Notes: a model not told the origin generated them from the letters alone. Positions 40,931 to 52,764 are shown, numbered from the stretch's first letter. The stretch is 64,000 nt of DNA from Mobula hypostoma (GCF_963921235.1 NC_086097.1:128032001-128096000), one strand, 5' to 3'. Made by a program: numbers and translations.

Positions 40931-42432
40931 CAGGTTTCCCCCACCAACCGAAGGTAGAGCATTCCTATGAAACGGTTCATAAGCCGGAATGTCGTAAAGC
41001 GAAGAAGCAATTACCATTTATTTATATGGGAAAATTTTGTGAGCATTCACAGACCCAAAAATAACCTACCGAATCATGCCAAATAACACATAAAACCTAA
41101 GATAGCAGTAACATATAGTAAAAGCAGGAATGATATGATAAATACACAGCTTATATAAAGTAGAAGTACTTTTCCACAATCATTGCCTGAACTGTTCTCC
41201 GTAGCAAAAATCTCACGCAAGCACCATCGGCAAAAACACGGCACAAGCGCTCTCCAGTAACCTTTAAGCTATGAAGCTGCCAAATCATACCAAATAACAC
41301 GTAAAAATACACAGCCGATATAAAGTAGAAATAATGTATGTACAGTGTAGTATCACTTACCGGAATTGGGAAAGTGCGGAGCATACTGATGATGGTGTGT
41401 TAGGCAGAGTCGTCGGAGATTGGGTGGTGCAGTGGCCCCCACCCTCCGGGTAGCGAACCGATACTGGTCCGCGAAGAATATAGCGGTAGGCAGGAGGCAC
41501 ACAGCACATCTTTAAGAAAAAAGCCGAAATAAACAAGCTAATTAATTAGGTGCCGCCCGGCACGTAATTAATTAGCATGTTTATTTCGGCTTTTTTCTTA
41601 AAGATGTGCTGTGTGTCTCCCGGCTACCGCTGCATTCTCCGCGAATCAGTATCTGTCCGCGGCCTGGGTGTTGGGGTGGTGGGACACTGGGGTGTCATCT
41701 CGTCGTCTGTTTCCATTAGAGCAAGCAGCTCATCTTCTCCTATGACTGCCCGCCTCGCTGTCGAAGATCAAGGTTCGTCGTCTGCTGTGGCTGATGTGGA
41801 AAGCTTGCCTGACTGCTGAGCCTCGCGCATTTTTCTATCATACAGTTCATTGTAAGCACTCAAACCATCTTGTAAATATCCCCTAAACCTACGTGCACTT
41901 TCAAAATTAAAGTCGTACTTTATCATTACTCATTCAGTTTTGATTGTTATCCTTTCCTCTTCCAGTTGCATCAGCTCTTCATCTATCAGTTCTTGGTCAT
42001 GGGATGCCAAAACCTCTTGAACATCATCTTCGTCAGCTTCCACAAGCCAAACTCACTTAGTCCTTACTTAGCTCACCACGATCGAAACGCTTAATAATGT
42101 CTAGTTTTTTGCTAAGTGTAACACTCTTACAAGCTTTTTCGGTCTTTTCCGATACAGTACCTTAGAACTCATCTTGCAAACGGCTGCTCACAGGCACGTG
42201 TTTAAGCAATGCCGGCGAGAATGCAGTTCCGAATCCGGGGCAGAGTGGTTGCTCGGGGCACGCGCTGCCTTTTATCGCACGCTGATTTTTTTTCACATGC
42301 TGATTTTTTCGTGCGCTGCCTTTCTTCATAACAATGAAAACACCTTCTGTTAGCGAAAACAGGGTACTAATGTAGGTCTTTCATAACAGTGAGGTTTCGT
42401 AAAGTGAACGTTCGAAAAGCGGGGAACACCTG
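40931..42432 (-). mobile_element. Tigger/pogo internally deleted DNA transposon
   Basis: TA TSD, imperfect TIRs CAGGTTTCCCC.../...GGGGAACACCTG. Minus strand encodes N-terminal KSVTLSKKLDIIKRFDRGE joined to C-terminal EADEDDVQEVLASHDQELIDEELMQLEEE; the DDE core is absent. Confidence 0.88.
41430..41673. mobile_element. Foldback hAT (Charlie/MER1-like) MITE nested in the Tigger
   Basis: Arms of about 110-120 bp around 41557; CAGTGGCCCC terminus; 8-bp direct repeat GGGTGGTG at 41422-41429 and 41674-41681. Confidence 0.75.
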
Positions 42433-43839
42433 TATTTCATTAGGGGATTGAGGTGACTTAGTATGTTACCAAAGACTCCATACATGTACCATGGATAGTA
42501 TTCTGACTGGTCATCACCATCTGGTATGGAGGGGCCATTAAACAGGATCGGAAAAAGCTGTAGAAAATTGCAAACTCAACTATCTCCATCACGGGCACTG
42601 GCATTAAGGACATCTTCAAATGGCAATGCCTCAGAATGGTGGCATCCGTTATTAAGGACCTCCATCACACAGGACATGTCCTCTTTCCATTATTACCGTC
42701 AGGGGAGAGGTACAGAAGCCTGAAGACACACATTCAACATTTTAGGAATAGTTTCATCAGATTTCTGAATGGGCAATAAATCCATGTACACTACCTCATT
42801 ATTTTTTGCTCTCACTTCTAATTTAATTTAATATAGATACAGTATATATTGTAATTTATTGTTTTTTAAATTATGTATTGCACCATACTGCTGCTGCAGC
42901 ACTATAAATTTATGACATATGCCAGTGATATTAAACCTGATTCTGATTCTGTTCCTGACTCAGAACTGAGAGTGAGGAAGCAAGATAGCAGGCATAGAGA
43001 GGAGAAGGGGAATGGTGAGAAAGGAGCCTTCGTTTCTTTCTCCATCTTCCTGAAATGCAGTGATGGTGAGCATGAGTTGCATATGCCCCTTTAAGCTCTG
43101 GAATTCAGATGTCATGGCTGCAGGTTAAGCGTTAGCTGCTGCACAAAATTCCTTTGGTGGTTTTTGGTCGACTGCACCAGATTCCAAATAAACAAGCATT
43201 TGTAAAGAATGTGTCTGTTCATGAAGATCATGACCCTTTGGAAACTCTTTAAACTACTATCAACCTAAGTGCTACAGCCATTTAACTCTCCTATTTACAA
43301 GCAAAGTGAACCTCAAGGCCAGTGATACTGTATTTAAAATCTTGCTGTGAACACAATGAAGTGTTACAACTTTCCATTGCCCCAGCAACGAAGAAGAAAA
43401 ACAGAAACCAAAGGTAGCAAAACCTGCTGAACTTCCAACACCCAGTATCGGCTCACATCCTTTGTACCCATTCACACACTCCCTTCAAACATATTACAGC
43501 AAGCTTGGATTAATTATCTTGCCCTATTTTTCTGCAGGTATCTGTGACTTGACAGGAGTCGTGCAGGTGCATGCTATCTCCTGGAATAACTTAACCATTG
43601 TGTTACTGCACTGTCAGTTGCAGTATCAGCTGCTTTATAATCAGATATTCAGGTGAAGGAAAGTGGCCTAAGGGTTCAGGGTCTTATGAGTGCTCATATC
43701 AAACTGGTCAGACCCCTAGGAGAAGAATTTCACTCTCACTCCTGGTGTTATTTTAGGTGGTGTGGAAAGAAGCATTTATCTGAATGACACCAATTTATAT
43801 AAAAGTCTTGGCTACTAGTCATTAGAAGATTGTGAACGT

Positions 43840-44685
43840 ATTGCAATTTATTAACGAAGTACATATATGTCGCCACATACAACCCTGAGATTTTTTCTTG
43901 CGGGCAGACTCAATAAATCCAGTAACCATAATAGAATCAATGCACCAACGGGGTGGACAACCAGTTTGCGAAAGACAACAAACTGGAAAATGCAAAACGA
44001 AAGAAAATTAAATAAATAAAGAAACAATAAATATTGAGAATATGAGATGAAGGGTCCTTGAAAGTGAGTCAATATGTTGAGGGAAAATTTCTGTGATGGG
44101 ACAGGTGAAGTTGAGTTAAGTTATCCCCTTTGGTCCAAGAGCCTGACGGTTGAGGGGTAATAACTGTTCCTGAACCTGGTGGTGGGTGACCTGAGGTTCC
44201 TCTACCTTCTTCCTGATAGCAGCAGTGAGAAGACAGCATGGCCTGGGTGGTGGGGACCTTGATGGTGGATGCTGCTCTCGTGCATAGGTGCTCCTTGTAG
44301 GTGTACTCAACGGTAGGGAGGGCTTCACCCAAGATGGGCTTCGGTGTTTCCATACCAGGCTGTATGCAACCAGTCAACATATTCTCCACGACACATCTAT
44401 AGGCATTTGTCAAAGTTTTAGATGTCAAGCCAAATCTTTGCGATCTTCTAAGGAAGTAGTGGTACTGCTGTTCCTTCTTTATAATTGCACTTTTACATTG
44501 TGTCCAGGACAGGTCCTCCAAAATAGTAACACAGAGGAATTTAAATTTGCTGACCTCCACATCCTTGATCGTCCAATGACGACTGACTCATGGACCTCTG
44601 GTTTGTTTCTGAAGGCAGTAATCAGCTCCTTGTCAGCTTTTCAATCTCCCTTCTATATGCTGATTCATCACCACCTTTGATTAGG
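43840..44685 (-). mobile_element. Rex1/Babar-type LINE 3' part
   Basis: ORF 44069-44560 SKFKFLCVTILEDLSW...YRCVVENMLTGCI. Confidence 0.85.
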
Positions 44686-44899
44686 CCCATGGATGATAGA
44701 TAAGGTGGTTATAAAGTAAATTGCAGTATCTCAGATGCACTACTCTTGAAACAATCTGACCAATATATATTTAGATTCTTTTATGACTCTTTCTTTATCC
44801 TTTCAGAATCTCTGAACTCTAGGCTACTTACTTTTATTTGCCTATTACACTACACAAACAGCACTGACATGGTAATGTTTAAGTTTTTTGAACTAATAG

Positions 44900-45240
44900 C
44901 CAGTGGTCCGTCCAGAGAATTGAGTTCAAATCTTACCACAGCCATTGTAGAAATTAAGATCAGGTAACTAAATAACAGTTTTCTTCCGATCAAATCTCAA
45001 TAACTGAAACTATTGTAAAAACCTAGTTGGTTCACTAATGATCCTCAGGGAAAGAAATTTGCCATTCTTATACTTTATGTGAAATAGTCCCACAAGTGTG
45101 ACATGAAGTCATAGAGCCCAGAAGCAGGCCCCATAACCGAGTCCACACTGACCACCTCCTGGATTAATTCTTTTTCTATTCTCTCATCAAGTCCTTTCTG
45201 CTAATTGTTCCTGATATGGTTGATTCTTAACTCCCTGCCC
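44900..45240 (+). mobile_element. Old tRNA-derived SINE remnant
   Basis: gagttcaaatc B-box-like motif and tgtaaaaacc..tggttcactaatg..cagggaaagaaat core. Confidence 0.45.
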
Positions 45241-45246
45241 GGTCTC

Positions 45247-45557
45247 TGCAATGAGAGACCTTGACAAGGATGGTTTAGGTCTCAAATACTGGAGTACCTG
45301 ATGTGAGGATCAAGGCATGGTATGAAGCTGGAATGTGAACTGAGCACAAGCGAAATGTTAGACGATATCTCAAGTTGGGCTTACGATAGAGCACTGAGGC
45401 TCTGTTCAAGTGCTCTTTAAATACTGAATTCTTCACCAAAACATGATTGCCATTTGGCCGGATGGTCCTAACCCCTTGAAGGGGATGCTCCAACTATCCA
45501 GAAAGTTAGAGCGTCTAAACCCCTGTGGGTTGGGTGGGTTGGGTGTATCTCGTAACA
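45247..45557 (-). repeat. 3' LTR of the Gypsy element
   Basis: TG...CA termini; aligns to 51816-52097; TATTTAAA on the minus strand at 45416-45423. Confidence 0.85.
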
Positions 45558-45619
45558 GGTTTCTTGGCGGCCCTGGCTACTTGGAGAGACTCTGATGATA
45601 GTTGTGGATGAGACCAGGT

Positions 45620-46880
45620 CCAAGATGTCTTTTTCTGGCATCCAGCACATTTCCTCAGGTCTGAATCCTTCCCAGTCCACAAGGTACCAGGGGCTGGTGC
45701 TGACAGGTTTTAATTTAGAGATGTTGAAAGTGGGATTGATCTTCAGGGTCTTAGGGACCTGAAGGCTGTAAGTCACCGGGTTTACTTTGAAGGGTCCAAT
45801 GAATTTGGGTGCCGACTTTCTAGACTCCACCCGGAAAGCCAAATCCTCAGTGGACAGCCCAGGCTGCAAGGCGGGTTCCAGTTTTCTCCTGCAATTAACC
45901 TTGGTTTCCGCCCTCCGGGTAGAGGCCAGTAAAAGCTCCTTGCCCTTGTCCATTTCTGCTTGCAGTGTTGGATGAGATCTTCAGCTGCAGGAGCCCCAAC
46001 TTCAGCCTCCTGCTCAGGGAAGAGCAGCGGAGAATACCCGAATTGGCACTTGAATGGGGACCTCCCATGTGTTGGATGCTGTAAGGTGTTGTGTGTGACC
46101 TGTGTCCACATCAAGTGGTAGCACAACTTGTCAGGTCTTTCTGAGGCCAGGCATCTGAGGGTTCTTTCCAGATTTTGGTTGACCCATTCCACCTGGCCAT
46201 TAGACTGCGGGTGAAACCCAGAGGAGAGACTTGCTATTGTCCCAATCAGTTTACTGAACACCCTCCAGAAATGGGATGTGAATTGTGGACCGTGATCCAT
46301 GACTTTGTCCACCGGAGAACCATGGATTCTGAAAACCTGGGGTCCATGACAATTTTAGCTATCTCCGCTGCAGATGGTAGCTTGCCCAGGGCAATGAATC
46401 CATAGGGTTTTGAAAACCAGTCGACAATTGCCATGATGACGGCCTTCCCCTTGGAAGGTGGAAGACCCGTGACAAATGTACGCCCATTGTCTCTCTGGAA
46501 CAGGTTGAGGGTAGAGGAGCTGTTGGGGTTGGGTGCGGGGCTCCTTGACTTGGGCGCACACCTCGCATGCCTACTGGTATTGTTGAACCTCATTCACCAT
46601 TCCAGGCCACCACTACCTTCTCATGATGAACTCGAGGATCCTAGCAATCCCTGAGTGAGTGGTCATTCTTGATGAATGACGCCACTGGAGTACCTGTGAA
46701 CTGATGGAATTTGGGACAAACAGTGGACCTGAAGAAGCATCCTTAGGAGTCTCCCTTTTTAGCTGGGCCTTGCAAACAAGCTCATTGATTCCCCAATGAA
46801 TTGGTGCTATCACCTTAGCTTGGGGGAAAATGGCGATAAGCTGCTCCCCTCTGTTGGGTTCATTGAACTGACGAGACAAG
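45620..46880 (-). pseudogene. Integrase plus chromodomain, frameshifted
   Basis: H-H/C-C region, DHGPQFTSHFW, SGFHPQSNGQVE, PKFIGPFKV (GPF/Y) and YLVDWEGFRPEEMCW. Confidence 0.9.
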
Positions 46881-46926
46881 GTATCTGGTTTTCAATGCTT
46901 TGACCCAGGTCGATAGGTCAGGACAG

Positions 46927-48097
46927 TTAAAGAAAAGAGACCACCTGGCCTGCCTGGAATGCAGTTGCTTGGCCTCCTGAATATAGGCCAGGTTCTTGTG
47001 GTCTGAACAGACAATAAAGGGTTCTTGCCCTCTCAAGCCAGTGACACCATTCCTTCAATACCACCTTCACAGCTAGTAGGTCCCAATTCCCAAAGTCGTA
47101 GTTTCTCTCTGCAGGGGACAACCGTCTGGAGAAGTATGCACATGGGTGCAGTTTACTCTCCAAAGCTGACTGTTGAGACAACACCACACTCACCCCGATG
47201 TCCAAGGCCTCCACCTCCATGATGAAAGGAAGATCTGAGCTTGGAGAAAGCAAGATGGGAGCTGATGTGAATCTCTGTTTAAACTGTGCAAAAGCAACCT
47301 CCGCTTCGGTAGTCCAGACAAAAGGCCCCATGGATTTCTTAGTTAGCGCTGTCAGTGTAGCTGCCACCGAGCTGAAGATCCTGATTAACTTCCGGTAAAA
47401 GTTAGCAAACCCCAGGAATTGTTGGACTTGTTTGACACTAGATGGTTGTAGCCAGACTCTGACTGCCTGGGTCTTGGTAGGGTCTGTCTTGAGATTGCCA
47501 TTGGAAATGATGAAACCCAAAAATGAAACGGTCATCACTTGAAATTTGGGCTTCTTCAGCTTGACATAAAGTTCATGGACGAGAAGCCTCTTTAGAGTGT
47601 CCCTGATGTGAGTGATGTACTCCTCCATGGACTTTGAGAAGATTAGGATATGATCCAAGTAAACAAAAGCATACTTATGGAGAGTATCCCGGAGCACATT
47701 GTTTATAAGGGCCTGAAAAACTGCTGGAACATTCGCAGGGCTAAAAGGCATAACTTCTTGTAGTGCCCCATCGGTGTATTGAATGCAGTCTTCCACTCAT
47801 CGGCTTCCTTTATATGGACCAGATTGTACGTACTCCACAGATCTAGCTTAGTGAATACTCTTGTCTCTTGGAGAACCTCGAAGGCAGTACTCATGAGTAG
47901 AAGGGAGTAACAATTCTTGGCTGTTATGCGGTTTAATCCTCTATAATCAATACATCCTTCTTTTGTACGAAGGCTGGTGAGGTGGAGGGCCAGATGAATC
48001 TCGTAGCAAGTGTCTCCTTTATATACTCCTTCATTGCGCTTCTCTCTGGGTCTCAGAGTGTGTATAATTGTCCATGCAGAGGGCAAGTACCCAGCAG
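46927..48097 (-). pseudogene. Gypsy reverse transcriptase / RNase H, disrupted
   Basis: [27 protein letters not shown] (YxDD mutated) and CAYFSRRLSPAERNY. Confidence 0.92.
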
Positions 48098-48195
48098 AAG
48101 ACACACAAAATGCTGGAGGAACTCAGCAGGACAGGCAGCACCTATGGGAGTGAATAAACAGTCAGTGTTTTGGTCCAAGACCCTTCATCAGGAGT
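48098..48195 (-). mobile_element. Penelope pLTR fragment nested in the Gypsy pol
   Basis: acacacaaaatgctggaggaactcagcagg...gacccttcatcagga, matching the start of 26335-27246. Confidence 0.85.
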
Positions 48196-48210
48196 GGGGG
48201 CAAACATACA

Positions 48211-50705
48211 TTCAATCTACATGTAGACTGGGTGAACCAAATTGGTAAAGGTGCTGAGGAAGAGGATTTCTTGGAATGTATGCGGGATGGTTTTTTGAAC
48301 CAACATGTCGAGGAACCGACTAGAGAGCAGGCTATTCTGGACTGGGTTTTGAGCAATGAGGAAGGGTTAATTAGCGATCTTGTCGTGAGAGGCCCCTTGG
48401 GTAAGAGTGACCATAATATGGTGGAATTCTTCATTAACATGGAGAGTGACGTAGTTAATTCAGAAACAAAGGTTCTGAACTTAAAGAGGGGTAACTTTGA
48501 AGGTATGAGACATGAATTAGCTAAGATAGACTGGCAAATGACACTTCAAGGATTGACGGTGGATATGCAATGGCAGGCATTTAAAGGTTGCATGGATGAA
48601 CTACAACAATTGTTCATCCCAGTTTGGCAAAAGAATAAATCAAGGAAGGTAGTGCACCCGTGGCTGACAAGAGAAATTAGGGATAGTATCAATTCCAAAG
48701 AAGTAGCATACAAATTAGCCAGAGAAAGTGGCTCACCTGAGGACTGGGAGAAATTCAGAGTTCAGCAGAGGAGGACAAAGGGCTTAATTAGGAAGGGGAA
48801 AAAAGATTATGAGAGAAAACTGGCAGAGAACATAAAAAACGGACTGTAAAAGCTTTTATAGATATGTAAAAAGGAAAAGACTGATAAAGACAAATGTAGG
48901 TCCCTTACAGACAGAAACAAGTGAATTGATTATGGGGAGCAAGGACATGGCAGACCAATTGAATAATTACTTTGGTTCTGTCTTCACTAAGGAGGACATA
49001 AATAATCTTCCAGAAATAGTAAGGGACAGAGGGTCCAGTGAGATGGAGGAACTGAGCGAAATACATGTTAGTAGGGAAGTGGTGTTAGGTAAATTGAAGG
49101 GATTGAAGGCAGATAAATCCCCAGGGCCAGATGGTCTGCATCCCAGAGTGCTTAAGGAAGTGGCCCAAGAAATAGTGGATGCATTAGTGATAATTTTTCA
49201 AAACTCGTTAGATTCTGGACTAGTTCCTGAGGATTGGAGGGTGGCTAATGTAACCCCACTTTTTAAAAAAGGAGGGAGAGAGAAACCGGGGAATTATAGG
49301 CCGGTTAGCCTAACGTCGGTGGTGGGGAAACTGCTGGAGTCAGTTATCAAGGATGTGATAACAGCACATTTGGAAAGCGGTGAAATGATCGGACAAAGTC
49401 AGCATGGATTTGTGAAAGGAAAATCATGTCTGACGAATCTCATAGAATTTTTTGAGGATGTAACTAGTAGAGTGGATAGGGGAGAACCAGTGGATGTGGT
49501 ATATTTGGATTTTCAAAAGGCTTTTGACAAGGTCCCACATAGGAGATTAGTGTGCAAACTTAAAGCACACGGTATTGGGGGTAAGGTATTGGTGTGGGTG
49601 GAGAATTGGTTAGCAGACAGGAAGCAAAGAGTGGGAATAAACGGGACCTTTTCAGAATGGCAGGCGGTGACTAGTGGGGTACCGCAAGGCTCAGTGCTGG
49701 GACCCCAGTTGTTTACAATATATATTAATGACTTGGATGAGGGAATTAAATGCAGCATCTCCAAGTTTGCGGATGACACGAAGCTGGGTGGCAGTGTTAG
49801 CAGTGAGGAGGATGCTAAGAGGATGCAGGGTGACTTGGATAGGTTGGGTGAGTGGGCAAACTCATGGCAGATGCAATTTAATGTGGATAAATGTGAAGTT
49901 ATCCACTTTGGTGGCAAAAATAGGAAAACAGATTATTATCTGAATGGTGGCCGATTAGGAAAAGGGGAGGTGCAACGAGACCTGGGTGTCATTATACACC
50001 AGTCATTGAAAGTGGGCATGCAGGTACAGCAGGCGGTGAAAAAGGCGAACGGTATGCTGGCATTTATAGCGAGAGGATTCGAGTACAGGAGCAGGGAGGT
50101 ACTACTGCAGTTGTACAAGGCCTTGGTGAGACCACACCTGGAGTATTGTGTGCAGTTTTGGTCCCCTAATCTGAGGAAAGACATCTTTGCCATAGAGGGA
50201 GTACAAAGAAGGTTCACCAGATTGATTCCTGGGATGGCAGGTCTTTCATATGAAGAAAGACTGGATGAACTGGGCTTGTACTCGTTGGAATTTAGAAGAT
50301 TGAGGGGGGATCTGATTGAAACGTATAAGATCCTAAAGGGATTGGACAGGCTAGATGCAGGAAGATTGTTCCCGATGTTGGGGAGGTCTAGAACGAGGGG
50401 TCACAGTTTGAGGATAGAGGGGAAGCCTTTTAGGACCGAGGTTAGGAAAAACTTCTTCACACAGAGAGTGGTGAATCTGTGGAATTCTCTGCCACAGCAA
50501 ACTGTTGAGGCCAGTTCATTAGCTATGTTTAAAAGGAAGTTAGATATGGCCCTTGTGGCTACAGGGGTCAGGGGGTATGGAGGGAAGGCTGGGTTCTGAG
50601 TTGGATGATCAGCCATGATCATAATAAATGGCGGTGCAGGCTCGAAGGGCCGAATGGCCTACTCCTGCACCTATTTTCTATGTTTCTATGTTTCTATGTT
50701 TCTAT
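48211..50705 (+). mobile_element. Young 5'-truncated CR1 LINE nested in the Gypsy pol
   Basis: Starts inside the APE domain (FNLHVDW; ILDWVL, SDH) and ends in (TTTCTATG)n. The host frame WSSHCKRI|CLPP rejoins across it. Confidence 0.95.
48926..50599 (+). CDS. CR1 ORF2 reverse transcriptase region (557 aa open); continuous with 48211-48839 apart from one +1 frameshift
   Basis: KSPGPDG, NYRPVSLTS, QHGF, YLDFQKAFD, GVPQGSVLGP and KFADD are all intact. Confidence 0.9.
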   Translation: MIMGSKDMADQLNNYFGSVFTKEDINNLPEIVRDRGSSEMEELSEIHVSREVVLGKLKGLKADKSPGPDGLHPRVLKEVAQEIVDALVIIFQNSLDSGLVPEDWRVANVTPLFKKGGREKPGNYRPVSLTSVVGKLLESVIKDVITAHLESGEMIGQSQHGFVKGKSCLTNLIEFFEDVTSRVDRGEPVDVVYLDFQKAFDKVPHRRLVCKLKAHGIGGKVLVWVENWLADRKQRVGINGTFSEWQAVTSGVPQGSVLGPQLFTIYINDLDEGIKCSISKFADDTKLGGSVSSEEDAKRMQGDLDRLGEWANSWQMQFNVDKCEVIHFGGKNRKTDYYLNGGRLGKGEVQRDLGVIIHQSLKVGMQVQQAVKKANGMLAFIARGFEYRSREVLLQLYKALVRPHLEYCVQFWSPNLRKDIFAIEGVQRRFTRLIPGMAGLSYEERLDELGLYSLEFRRLRGDLIETYKILKGLDRLDAGRLFPMLGRSRTRGHSLRIEGKPFRTEVRKNFFTQRVVNLWNSLPQQTVEASSLAMFKRKLDMALVATGVRGYGGKAGF

Positions 50706-51799
50706 ATCCTTTTACAATGACTGGACCATGCAATGATTCTCCCTTCCTTCCAGTTCACATATGGGTTATGCTGGAACAGCCAAAGGTGTCCGAGGATCAG
50801 GGGTATGAGTGGTAAGTCAATGATGTAGGAGCTAATGTCCTCCACATGTTCCCCTATCCTCATTGAGAAAACCACTGATTGTTGCTGGACCTGCCCGGAC
50901 CCTAGCAGATGGCTATCCAAAACAATTGCGGGCATGGACTGGCTCAACTCTTGCAGTGGTTGACGGGCTGTCCCCAAGTCCGGGAAATTACCAGCTGCCC
51001 CAGAGTCCACAAAAGCCTTCACCCCTCTTCAGTTCTTACCCCAGGAGATCTCCGTCTTCAGCGTGATGCCAAAATCCATAGGGTTAGGAGTGGCGTCTTC
51101 TACCATCGCATTGTTCCTGGTACAGGACTGTCTTAGCAGTTCTTCTGATGGCAGCCACCTTGGGCATTCGACCTGTAGGTGACCTGTCTCCCCGCAGTAG
51201 AAACAGCAGTCTTGACTCCAACGCTGGGACCTCTCATCGGCAGAGTCTAGTGCAGCTGACCTGCATGGGGTCGCTAGGATCTTGAGAAGGAGATGGAGAT
51301 AGAGTGGCCAAGGCCTCCCCATTCAAGCCACTCTCTTGCACCAAGGCCAAAATTCAACTGCGTAGTCGGTTGCTGACCGTCCACCCAGTTGAACCCTCAT
51401 CAGGCAGTCTGAATCTCTGCTGCCTCCAGTGGGGTGATGAAACACCTTGCTCATGGCAGCCATCAGTTCCTCCAAATCTGAGCAAATCTCAACCTGTGGT
51501 GGCCTAAGCCAGGGCTCTTCCAGTCAGAAAAGAGATAATGAAAGCCTCCTTTTCACATTCCGAAGGGAACCGGAACGTCTGGAGTATGAACACTAATCGG
51601 TAGGGAAGCCACGGCAAGTCCGGGGTTGTAAGATATACTGGTTCTGCAAAGCAGGCTCTCCTGAGCAAATCTGACTTCCTCCTTGTGAAAACTGATGAAC
51701 AGCAACCAGGAGGTGGAGAATCTCCGGGCTCTGTCTGGAAATCCTCTCGCTGTGGCTGGCCACAACGGACAAAAAGATCTGATACCCCACGGGGTCCAT
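50706..51799 (-). pseudogene. Gypsy gag, zinc knuckle and aspartic protease, frameshifted
   Basis: MDPVG start at 51799, AFIISFLTGRALA, CFYCGETGHLQVECP and AFVDSGAAGNF. Confidence 0.9.
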
Positions 51800-51815
51800 G
51801 TCGACTCAATCATAC

Positions 51816-52097
51816 TGAAATGAGAGACCTTGATAAAGATGAAATATCTGAGGCACGGATCGAGACATGGTATAAAGGTGGAACGAGAACTGAGCACAAA
51901 CTAAACACTGTCCGTTATCTCTAATTGGGCTTACAATTGACCACTGAGGCTCCATTCAGGTGCTCTTTAAATACTGATTTCTTGGCACCAAAACATGATG
52001 GCCAATTAGCAGGATTGTCCTGAACCCTTCTCCATACTCCAGAGAGTTAGAGCATCTAAACCCCGGGAAATGGCACGGTTGGGTGCGTTTTGTAATA
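51816..52097 (-). repeat. 5' LTR of the Gypsy element
   Basis: Aligns to 45247-45557 with indels; TATA on the minus strand at 51966-51973. Confidence 0.85.
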
Positions 52098-52764
52098 CCC
52101 TCAATTCATGAGAATTATAGATGAAGAATAAACTCTGAGCTTTGCCGCTGGTGTCTACATCCTGTGAGTAAATAAATGCATAAAATGACATTGGACTATC
52201 ATTATTGCGTCAAAACGTTGAGTTATCAAGTCCTTCCACTACTCATGTCAAATTATTTTGTAATTAAAAATTTTTGTTTTCTGTTCTTCAGCTTGTTTTG
52301 GTGCCTAGAATTCAGAATGCTGCATGATTCTTGATTTACTGGAGGATCTGAGAAAAATATCAGTTCTGTTGCAGTCCTCTCTTGGTTGGATATTTATCCA
52401 AGGCCTCAACGATCAGTTCAGGAAGATGTAAGAGATCCTATTCTACCATCTGAAGTAGTGAAGGGGATTTTTCTTGTGGACTGACCAGGTTTTATTTCTT
52501 AGCCAAAAGATCATACCTAGTTTTTAGGACACTGCACTTAAATTAATGCTAAATCTATCAATGGCTTTGACGTAAAAGTGATTTATTAGCTTTGAGATGT
52601 TTTGAGGCACCTGAGAGTGCGTAAACTCATGACATGTAGAAGTAAAATCCGAAGTCCCTTCCTTAACAGCAATTTGCTCACTTGTCTTTGCTAGGGACTT
52701 GTTAGCAAGGGCACTTTCATTAATAGGTCAGACAAGCAAACTATAACACATCAGGTCAACTTCC

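Larger units (their letters stand above)
40040..42965 (+). mobile_element. Rex1/Babar-type LINE interrupted by a Tigger element (LINE parts about 40040-40930 and 42433-42965)
   Basis: YVRLLFIDYNS, CNWILDFL and PQGCILS motifs; Q-W-L-Y-F-I-R reads across the TA insertion site; (GATTCT)n tail. Confidence 0.85.
45247..52097 (-). mobile_element. Ty3/Gypsy chromovirus (Tf1/sushi group) LTR retrotransposon, full-length but decayed
   Basis: Two homologous LTRs; minus-strand order gag, CCHC, protease, RT, RNase H, integrase, chromodomain; many frameshifts. Confidence 0.93.

Noticed and set aside
49513..50622. Minus-strand ORFs over the CR1
   Set aside because: Antisense shadows of the RT frame.
50706..51799. 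Domesticated PEG10/RTL1-like gene
   Set aside because: Multiple frameshifts and stops, mutated YxDD, nested insertions and retained LTRs indicate a dead transposon.
52291..52432. Apparent acceptor (tgttcttcag) and donor (gat|gtaaga) as exon 2
   Set aside because: Stops in all three frames soon after the acceptor; at best a non-coding exon, and unsupported.
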